In this document: positions 23,037-32,000 of the stretch, piece after piece
How positions within the stretch are numbered: the stretch's first letter is position 1
Layout: the number at the start of each line of letters is the position of its first letter
Assembly: GCA_054661495.1 (NCBI GenBank)
Contig: BAAFSQ010000056.1
Span: 17,616 to 49,615 of the forward strand
Origin: Zygophlyctis sp. KS116
Taxonomy: Eukaryota; Fungi; Chytridiomycota
Length of the DNA: 32,000 nucleotides
Reading direction: 5' to 3'
Notes under the pieces: model-generated
Told to the model about the DNA's origin: nothing
The model's input: the letters and a program-made list of their open reading frames with translations, nothing else
Database searches by the model: none
Program-made: the position numbers and the translations under genes

Positions 23037-24997
23037 ATGATTAGAGCGTCCAAACGATTCTTTCATTATGGATCCGTAATTCCAAACGCCATTGACGTCA
23101 ATACACCAGAATTCATGGTATTGTGTATGTTTGCTTATAAAAGGAAAATAAGTCAAGAATGGATAAACTGGTACAAGATTTGAAGGAAAAGGTTAATACG
23201 ATTAAATTGGGTAATATTCATGCTTGTTGAAATACAATCCTTTCAAAGTATTAACATTAGGAGGTGGAAAAGTAGCACGAGAAAGACATTTATCTAGGAA
23301 AAAGCTTCTTCCAAGGGACAGAATTGAGTCGATTCTAGATCCCGGCTCGCCTTTTTTGGAATTTTCACAATTTGCTGGTTACGAGCTCTATGATGATCTT
23401 GTTCCTGCTGGTGGGATTATAACTGGTGTAGGAAAAGTCTCTGGTGTAGAGTGTATGATTGTTGCCAATGGTATATTTAAATATTAAATTTTTAGATTCT
23501 ACTGTCAAGGGAGGCACGTATTATCCAGTATTTTATAATTTTTAATTTTTAGATTACTGTCAAAAAACACTTGAGAGCACAAGAAATCGCCATGGAAAAT
23601 AATCTTCCTTGTATTTATTTGGTTGATTCTGGTGGAGCAAATTTGCCAAATCAGGCTGATGTTTTTCCGGACAAAGATCACTTTGGAAGAATATTTTTTA
23701 ATCAAGCAAATATGTCATCTAGTACTTACCAAAATTATTTAAAAATTTAGGAGGAATATCTCAGATTGCTATTGTTTTGGGATCTTGTACTGCGGTAATT
23801 TTTATTACTTTTTACTATTTTCCCTTTTTTTAATTTTGTTAATATTTAGGGGGGTGCTTATGTTCCAGCAATGGCAGATGAAAGTGTTATTGTGCAAAAT
23901 CAAGGAACAATTTTCTTGGGAGGACCTCCTTTGGTGAAAGCTGCGACTGGCGAAGTTGTTTCAGCTGAAGAATTGGGTGGTGCTGAACTCCATTGCAAAA
24001 TTTCTGGTGTCACTGATTATTCAGCTTCTTCTGATTCTCATGCGTTATATTTAGGCCGTCAGATAGTCTCTAATTTGAATCGGAAAAAAAATATTGATTT
24101 ACATACTACAAAGCCAGAAGAGCCACTCTATTCTCTCAATGAGATTGGAGGAATAGTTGGAGATAATTTGCGAAAACCTTTTGATATCAAACAAGTCATT
24201 GCTAGAATTGTTGACGGATCAAAGTTTGCAGAATTTAAAGAACAGTACGGCACAACGCTTGTTACTGGTATTCATTTTTTCATTTATGAACAGGATTTGG
24301 AAGGATTTTCGGATATCCTGTTGGAATTGTCGCAAATAATGGAATCCTTTTTTCGGAATCAGCTTTAAAAGGTGCTCATTTCGTTGAACTTTGCTGTCAG
24401 CGAAATATTCCTCTGATATTTCTTCAAAATATAACCGGATTTATGGTTGGTAAAAGTGCAGAATCAGGTGGAATAGCAAAGAATGGTGCTAAATTAGGTA
24501 TATATTGTGATTTCTCTAATATTAGTTACTGCTGTGGCATGTGCAAAAGTCCCAAAATTTACAATTTTGTGCGGTGGTTCATTTGGAGCTGGTAATTATG
24601 GAATGTGTGGAAGAGCTTACAGTCCCAGATTCGTTTGGACTTGGCCCAATTCGCGAATATCAGTAATGGGTGGTCCCCAAGCCGCAGGAGTTCTAAGTCA
24701 AATTACTAGAGATTCAAAAGAGAAAAAAGGACAAACTGTATCCGAAATTTTTGATTAATCTAATAGTGGACTGTAGAAGAAGAGATTGCTTTCAAAAAGC
24801 CAATTGAAGAACAGTATGAAAGAGAAGGACATCCTTATTTTGCAAGCGCGAGGCTTTGGGATGATGGTAATTTATCTCTAATTTTACGTATAGGTATCAT
24901 CGACCCGTGTGACACCAGAAAAGTCCTTGGCTTGGGTTTAAGCATTTCATTGAATGGAACGATGGAGAAGACCAAGTTTGGCGTTTTTAGGATGTAG
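23037..24997 (+). CDS. MCCC2: 3-methylcrotonyl-CoA carboxylase beta subunit (mitochondrial)
   Basis: Motifs [104 protein letters not shown] and terminal KFGVFRM*. About ten short introns. Confidence 0.93.
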
Positions 24998-25011
24998 GGT
25001 TGTTAATAAAA

Positions 25012-25251
25012 ATGTCCAATCAAGTGGAGGTACATCTTCATTTGAATAGCATTGAGGAAGATGACGAGTTCGAAGATTTTGATATCAAAGGCATGGGATT
25101 GTGATTTAAATTCTTAGATTGGGCTGATGCTAAGCCAAATTCAACTATGGATGCTAGTCTTTGGACGCAAGATTGGGATGATGATGTACTAGACGATGAA
25201 TTTTCGACACAGCTTAGGGAAGAATTGAATAGAATGTCTAATGGAAATTAA
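25012..25251 (+). CDS. SEM1: SEM1/DSS1 (26S proteasome lid subunit and BRCA2 partner); missed by the ORF track
   Basis: MSNQVEVHLHLNSIEEDDEFEDFDIK|DWADAKPNSTMDASLWTQDWDDDVLDDEFSTQLREELNRMSNGN*. Both acidic DSS1 motifs are present, with a 27-nt GC-AG intron at 25091-25117. Confidence 0.92.
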
Positions 25252-25367
25252 AATATTTGTATTAGAAAATGCAATGTAAATCGTCATTTATGATATCATG
25301 GCGCATTGATGTTGAGACTATTAATACTCCGATCCCTTTGACATAATCTAAGCGTGTCTTTTCATTG

Positions 25368-25610
25368 ATGTCCGAACTCAAGCTAAGAAAATTGATGGAG
25401 CACATGGCCCGCCTAAAAGAGCAACTGGATATGCCGCGGATAAGAGTTTCTGAAGCGTCTGAAAGGTGAGAATTTCTAGAAATAACATGTAGTCTTATCA
25501 AGTACGCGACCACAACAAAGGACACATTAATACCTTCAATTTGGGGACCAGTTGATAAAAAGGATGACCCTTTTCAATCAGGAAATGGCGGATGTTGTGT
25601 AATATCATGA
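25368..25610 (+). CDS. Heterotrimeric G-protein gamma subunit; missed by the ORF track
   Basis: [32 protein letters not shown]|[42 protein letters not shown]-domain pattern with a terminal CCaaX; 27-nt intron at 25466-25492. Confidence 0.9.
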
Positions 25611-25631
25611 CAATTATAAGATAAATATAAA

Positions 25632-27310
25632 TTATAAATTCTTGAGTTTGTTCAGTTCTTCATCTAAAATATGATCATAACGTATCGATAATTGCTAAAA
25701 ATATGAGAAAAATCGATTCAATTACCCGATTAGCTTCATCTTCAGCGTTAATCCGTTCTATTTCTTCAATTTTCCTGCGGCTAGCATTTTGAATTTGATC
25801 GAAAAGATCATCACAATATTTTCTAGCTGAATTTTGATGCACCTCCCATGCTTTCTCATTTTCTGCAATCATTTTGGTGATATCCGATTCAAGTTTTTCT
25901 TTTTCAACACGAATCTGTTCTTGTGCCAAACGATTTTGTTCCACTATTTTTAATTTAAGGAAATCTTACAGTGATACTTAACTTGCTCCTGTCGCTGTGC
26001 CAAAACTTCCTTCATTAATCGGTCTCTAGCCTCTTGTTCCTTTTTCCAGCGCTCGGAACGTTTGTTCCACAACTAAGGGTTGATACAGATCAATTATAAT
26101 ACCTTATCATCTTCTAGCTTATACATGGCTTCAATTTCCTTTCCTCGCTCTTTTTCCAGCTGTTTTTGAGTCAATAAATGATCTCTGTAAGCTTGCATTT
26201 CTTTTTTTAGTGATTCTCTTTGATTTGATTTGGCCTTTCTTTCACGCTCATCTTCAATCAAACATTCATTTATAATCTTCAGATCCATTTGGAGAGAATC
26301 GCCTGCTTCTTTCTGTCTTTTTATTACTTTTTCTGCATTCATAACATCCAAATCTCGCATAGTTTGACACTGCTGCTCGTAAGAAGCGATCCTTTTTCTT
26401 TCTTCTTCCTCCTCATTATATCTAAATGCTTCCGCCTATTACTTATAAGACCTTAATAAAAATACCATCATATTAGCTTCTTCTTGTTTTAAACGTTTTT
26501 CTTCACCGGCCTGGCTTTTTAACATTGCTAATTGCTCGCCCAAGATTTTGATCATATCTTGATTCAATTCATCTCTGTGAAGACGATCCTGTTCTTCTCT
26601 TTGAATCTTTTTTTGGCGATCCTGTTCCCAAAGTATATCATAATGCTGTCTCTCTTTTGCAGCGGCTGTCTTCTGAGCTTCCTTTTCTAGTAATTGATTC
26701 GCTCTTGATAATGCAACCTGCTTATTTAAAAGAATGGAATTCGCTGTCCTTAACTCATCAAATTGCTGTCTACGACCATTAAAAAAGCATTTTACCTCCA
26801 TTGCTGCAGTAATTTTTCTTCTACTATTTTCTTCCTCTCTGCTTCCCGTTTTGCTTTTAAATCTGCGACTCTTGCCTTCATTGCGTCAACCCTGGAATCC
26901 ATAGTTGACTCTTTTGCCATTAACTCCTGTCTAAATTGTTCATCATCTCTTTTAAAAAGTTCTTTGAGTCTATGAAAATGATAAATTAATAATTAGCTAC
27001 CGATTTTGACGCTCTTCTAATTTAAGATTTTCCTGGTCCTTGAGTTCCTCAAGTCGAGCCTGAATTTTCTTGCGACGAATGGATAGATTTGTGGATTCCT
27101 CAAATTGGGACTAGCTGATTATCGTCTTAATCGAATACCTGAAGTCCGGTTTTGGCATAGTAAGCTGTGGTCTCCAGCATTATGTTTCTGGCATCCTCAT
27201 TTTTCCGACGGTTAGTAATCAAGTAGTCCGATTTTTTTGAGTTTCCAGGGCTTCTATATGAATTCGAAGTGGGCTAATATTAGAATTAATAGTGGACTTG
27301 CTTTAAACAT
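25632..27310 (-). CDS. Cilia/flagella-associated TPH-domain coiled-coil protein, CFAP53 (CCDC11)-like
   Basis: Long E/K/R/Q coiled coil with QQFDELRT, HYDILWEQDRQKKIQREE and W.K..ERWKKEQEARDRLMKEV. N-terminus MFK|PTSNSYRSPGNSKKSDYLITNRRK via a 28-nt GC-AG intron at 27274-27301. Stop at 25632-25634. Confidence 0.7.
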
Positions 27311-27356
27311 TTTTCAAGAACGGAATGACGTCCGTGAAAAAGATTCCGATGTTTTA

Positions 27357-28758
27357 TTATTTTAAAAGTTGATCACTGTAAGGAAGTTTCCTAAGGTTCC
27401 CAGATGCAACGATTGAGGGACGAGCCACGAGCATATCTTTTGCTAACTATATATAAGATTAATTAAGGGAAACCTTTTGAACTTGCGCAACACTAACTTG
27501 TTGGATAGAGTTTGCCCAATCTCTGACTGATGAAATAGACTTCATAGTCAATACTTGCTTTGCTGCCCATAGTAAGTTATTTTCACGAGATAGACTAGAT
27601 TCAAAATCTACAATGGCCGATTTTTTTGCACGAGATAGTGTAGATTCATCAACTCCTTTAGCAGCAATGGATTTTAGAGCAGAGATTGCTTTGGAAGCCA
27701 CAGAACTGACATCCGCATCTTTTCCTTTAATATAAAATCCCAAAAGTCCCGCATCAGAGTGATGCACACCAAAAGAATGAACAGAAGTAACGTCAGTAGA
27801 AGCTTCTGATAGCAAACACGCTGATCCTGATAGAGAACCATGACTAACACGTCTGTGTCCATCCAAGACTGCTTCTAAAACCAAAGATGCGGCGTAACTC
27901 GGGGATGCCCAAGACACCGATGGATATGCTACCACAAAGTGAGCCTCTGATGAAGGACCTTTATCAAGTCTTGTTTCTCCTCCATAATAAAATGTGGGAT
28001 TGTATTCTAAACCTTTTCCTGCCAAGTTTACAGTTTCCAAACCTTTAGCCACATATTCACCCAAATCCTGGGCTGCTACACCACTTCCAACAATGGCAAT
28101 TCTGTTTGCAGCAAATGTTCTAGCAGCAAATTCAGATAGATCAGCTCTAGTTAGTTCGGAAATACATTCTTCCTTGGCAAATAATGAATAACCAAGTCCT
28201 TTTCTAAAGGCTAGTGAATGTAGACTTTCAAAAACTTCAGTTTGTCGATCAGCTAGCGCTGAATTGGTTTCACGGGCGACCAGCTCTTTTGCCTGAATAA
28301 ATTCAAATGGAGCGTAAGAGGAGTTAAACATGTGAGAAATGAGGGTAGGAACCACATCAACTCTTGTAATTAAATAAAAGAAAAAATACAAATCATCCCT
28401 TAAGAATTCTGATGCTAGAATCATATGTTCTCTAGTTAAATCTGAATAAAGAGTATTTCCCCGTAATTCCATTTCTCGAATGGTTCGCAATGACGAATCA
28501 TTAGGCATATTCTAGCAATAAGAATATAAAGCTTACTCGAATCAACGTTGTCTTTAAAAAATGTGCTACTCCAGCGGCTGTAGATGTTTCAAATCTTGGC
28601 CCAGATTGGACAATAATTCCAACCGATGAAGCCGGCAATCCATCTTCACAGCTGATGACAGAAACCCCTGAGACTTCAGCGACAGTATATTTTACTGGAG
28701 CTGCGGTGGCAGGCTGACGCCCAATAGACTTTGCCAGTGAAGAAAAACGTCTCAACAT
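27357..28758 (-). CDS. QCR2: Cytochrome bc1 complex core subunit 2 (M16 peptidase-like, inactive)
   Basis: Mitochondrial presequence MLRRFSSLAKSIGR. Motifs SGPRFET..GVAHFLK (no HxxEH), SSLRTIREMELRG, TREH...SEFLRDDL, LH..AFRKGLG.SL, YYGGETR, SDAGLLG and terminal GNLRKLPYSDQL. Three short introns. Confidence 0.85.
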
Positions 28759-28844
28759 TCTCACGTAAAAAATTCACGAAATCCCTCGTGGTTAAGGGGA
28801 GGCATGTACTTACTCGTTTACAACTATTTCCAACAATTTATTGA

Positions 28845-30546
28845 TCATATATCTCCAAAAGTCTCTTCATCTCTTAGCCGTGAACGATTTACAGAATTCA
28901 ATTCCATTATGTTATCCCATGCCTTCTCCTCCTCCGCATCATTTAATAATCGACGTAATCTAAATTGAGATTAAAAAGAGATACCCTGGAGATTTACCCC
29001 ATTTAGAATTTTCTGAAGAAGAATGGTAGTATATGATCAATAATCCAATGATACTCACTACTAAAAGTCCTGAAAGAGCCAATAGCCCTTTAATATATGC
29101 TGGTTCTTCAGAAATTGGAAATAAATCGTTTGACAATACGATAATTTGACCCCAGGAAAGACCAAAAGCAGTAAGTAAGAAAGTTGATGCACAGCGGGAT
29201 GTATCGCCAGCTAAAGAATCGATTGCATAAGCAATGAGGGAAGGCAAGGAAATTAGGAGACCTGAAACGGCAGGCAAAATTCCAGTGAAATATCGGGCTG
29301 ATCCTCCTCCAGCAAAACTGGGCGGGACAATCATCAGAAAAATAAATCCCCCCAAAGAGAAAATCAAGGGAACAGTCGCATGCAAGAGTCTTTCTGAAGT
29401 AAGATCTGAATGCGAAGAAACAGGAATTGACAGGATTCCTCCCACAAAAAACGGAACAGCCGACATCAGTACTGTGTAAAAAGAAGCATTTTCCCTATCT
29501 AGAATTAGCTTATGTATAGCCGAAGAATTAGCCCTTAATTCAGAAGGAAGAATATCAAAAGATGTTATGGCTACTTGTGGTGATAAAAAAGATGCTGCAT
29601 CAAATACTGTCCAAACGAGCGAAAAAATCACGGTTAAAACCCAAAGTCGAGGTTCTTTTAGAGTTTCCAAGAGCGAAAAGAGGCTAAACGAAATCTTTGG
29701 AGTCTGCATTACCTGTTGAGTAGTTGGCTGAAATGTTAATGGCGTCAGCTCTCCTTCTCTTCCTCTCGCCACCGCAAGCTGCCTTTCTGATTGCGTTAGC
29801 CACCAAGTTGTCTCTGGATAATCTGGTAAATAAATCAATAAAAGCCCGCCAAATACTAGACAAAATGTTCCTTGAAATATACAAAAACTGGATTTTCAGT
29901 TATCGTGCTTACATTTTCCATCCAGGTAAACTCGCTGACGGTTTATACAATAAAGAATGCGAAACTAGCCCCCAAATTTCCCTAATTATAGCAGATATAC
30001 TAATAGTCAATGAAATCCTTCGTGCGATCTCTTCCCTTGTATAGAAATATAAAATGTAAACTAAAATGCTAGAAAAAACTCTTCACTATGAAATGTATAG
30101 TTATTACCCTGATTGTACAGCTCCTTGAAAAAATCTTAGAGCAATTAGCCCAACACGATTCGTTACAGTTGTCATCAAAAAAGATAAAATTCCCCAGACT
30201 AATAGTGTACTAACTTTGAGAAAAAATATATTACATTCCCATGAATCGACTTGGGCCATATTTTCTGATCATAAAAGTAGTACCAAGGCCACAACACATA
30301 AATCCTAAAATTAACTCAACAGATATTACCAGTTCCATAAAATATGGATCCCATGACAATGTCATTATGGGTTATATGAAGAGTCGGGTCTTCAAACTGA
30401 ACCTCTAATACGGCAGATCTTTCCTTTTTTTTAATTATTTGATGAGTTACCAACAAAAAACAAGTAATTGTCATTACAAAAAATGGAATCAATCTAACAT
30501 CCAATTTCTTTATGAGCTCCTTTTCTTGTGGATCATAATTTGCCAT
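28845..30546 (-). CDS. MFS transporter, anion:cation symporter (allantoate/nicotinate permease-like) family
   Basis: N-terminal EKELIKKLDVRLIP, LRFFQGA, YLPDYPETTWWLTQSERQLA, HSDLTSERLLH and PAYIKG, with many hydrophobic helices. Multi-exon. Confidence 0.8.
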
Positions 30547-30605
30547 TAACGATAACTTAATTCCCGGAGTGGGGCAGTAAAATCACCGTCATCAAATACA
30601 ACATT

Positions 30606-31199
30606 TTATTTTTCAAACTTTTTAGCAATCATTCCATCAGGAGGAGTAACTTCCACATTTTTCTTCCCGACATCTTCCCAATTCGTAGACAGACATGTAC
30701 CATTAGATTCTACATATGATTTCATCATGGCACGTTTTGTATCCTCTGATGCATTTGCATAAATTGATTGAAAAAGAGCATTCAAAGCTTGTTCACCCTC
30801 GGGCTTTTCCGCATCTTCTTCTTTAACTAAAGAATCCCAGTCATGTTTCTTTTTTGAAGAAGAAGGATACTCTTTGGAACCATCCGCCATTTGATTCACA
30901 GATGCACTCGAAGACCCTTCCAAAGAATCCCATTTTATGCCTTGAATTTTCTTAACAAGCTTCAACTGTACTTGAGTAGATAATATATTGTAACTGCATT
31001 CTGATGGAATAATTTCTTCAAAAAGTGGGTCTAATTCTAAGCTCCATGTTGATTCTAACGCCAGTTTGATAGAAACAGATACTTTCTTTTCATTAAATGA
31101 GACATCAACATCATTCTTTTGAACATTTTTCACATATATTGCAATAGTTAAAGCTGAATCAGATTGGAACCATTCATGACGAATTTTTTGTTGCGTCAT
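30606..31199 (-). CDS. SGT1: SGT1 Hsp90 co-chaperone (CS + SGS domains), intronless
   Basis: CS domain KIRHEWFQS... and SGS domain YPSSSKKKHDWD...ALNALFQSIYANASEDTKRAMMKSYVESNGTCLSTNWEDVGKK.VE..PPDGM.AKK. Confidence 0.92.
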   Translation of the reverse strand: MTQQKIRHEWFQSDSALTIAIYVKNVQKNDVDVSFNEKKVSVSIKLALESTWSLELDPLFEEIIPSECSYNILSTQVQLKLVKKIQGIKWDSLEGSSSASVNQMADGSKEYPSSSKKKHDWDSLVKEEDAEKPEGEQALNALFQSIYANASEDTKRAMMKSYVESNGTCLSTNWEDVGKKNVEVTPPDGMIAKKFEK

Positions 31200-32000
31200 T
31201 ACGTAACATACCCTAAACTTGCGTTACCAGTCAGGAATTCATTGATATTAGCTATATTGGATTCATTTAAATATTACGATTACAATTATTACACGGCATG
31301 CATTCATAAATGAAGAATATATATCCCAAACATACCGAAAATAAACCCACATATAATACATAAAACAATTATTTTCACACAAACAATAAAAAAAGAATTA
31401 TCTTAACGATCAATCAATGAACAATCAAATAATTAATAGTTTTTACAATTATTTTATCGGTATTTTGATATATCATTTAATGATGTATTATGGATTTTCG
31501 AATTTACAAAGTAGTGTCTGTATAGTTCACGTAGTCATCGCGTATGAGGAAATTGTAGTGGAAATAGAAATCAATTGAATGTACCTGATTTAATCTTTTC
31601 ATCTGATCTCAAGGCGCAGAAAAATCAGAGAATGCCAGATAATTCTTTTTTTTAAATCAAGCAATGGAAAAAAGAAAACGTGCTTTCTCAATCCAAAAAA
31701 TATGCAAGATCATACTGGATATTTTGCAAGCCCTTGGCAGCTACCGCAAGGAGATAGCTCAATTTTTGATTCAGAAATTCTAGAGTCTTCTAATCCCAAA
31801 GAAACTAATTTTGGATAAATGATCATTGGTTTTAAATTAAAAATTAAATGCACATATTTACAATTGTGTTTGAAAAAGGGCTTGATTGATTTTCTGTTAA
31901 TCTTGATTCAGCATTGATTGCTCAATCGATTTCTTTTTCTTTGGTGAATAAGTTGATTTCCTGAGTTTTGTGAGTGAGAGAGCGTGCGTTAAAGAACATA

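Noticed and set aside
31470-31610. C/D-box snoRNA-like words (ATGATGTA ... CTGA)
   Set aside because: Imperfect C box, no terminal stem and no recognisable rRNA guide.

Overview
AT-rich, very gene-dense eukaryotic genomic DNA. It is most likely from a flagellated, early-diverging (chytrid-like) fungus: it carries centriole/axoneme genes (CEP164, CFAP53-like) beside fungal-type housekeeping genes. The exact taxon cannot be fixed from this window. I can reconstruct 22 protein genes: GOST/GPR180-like 7TM protein (5' partial), CEP164, BRCA2, alpha/beta hydrolase, ataxin-10, TMEM184, four tandem PHI-1/EXORDIUM-like secreted proteins, flavin amine oxidase, a small possible STIL/Ana2-like protein, an HMG-box transcription factor, ketohexokinase-like PfkB, a Nim1/BRSK-type kinase, MCCC2, SEM1/DSS1, G-protein gamma, CFAP53-like, QCR2, an MFS transporter and SGT1. 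The ORF track is fragmented because most genes are split by ultra-short spliceosomal introns (mostly 24-33 nt, mode 27 nt, two GC-AG). Intergenic gaps shrink to 8-60 nt or to direct codon overlap. The most notable items are the tiny-intron architecture, the PHI-1 array with a 240-bp identical tract and one membrane-anchored variant, the candidate minimal STIL/Ana2 protein, and the three-BRC BRCA2. All gene models were spliced by eye and family calls rest on recalled motifs, not database searches.
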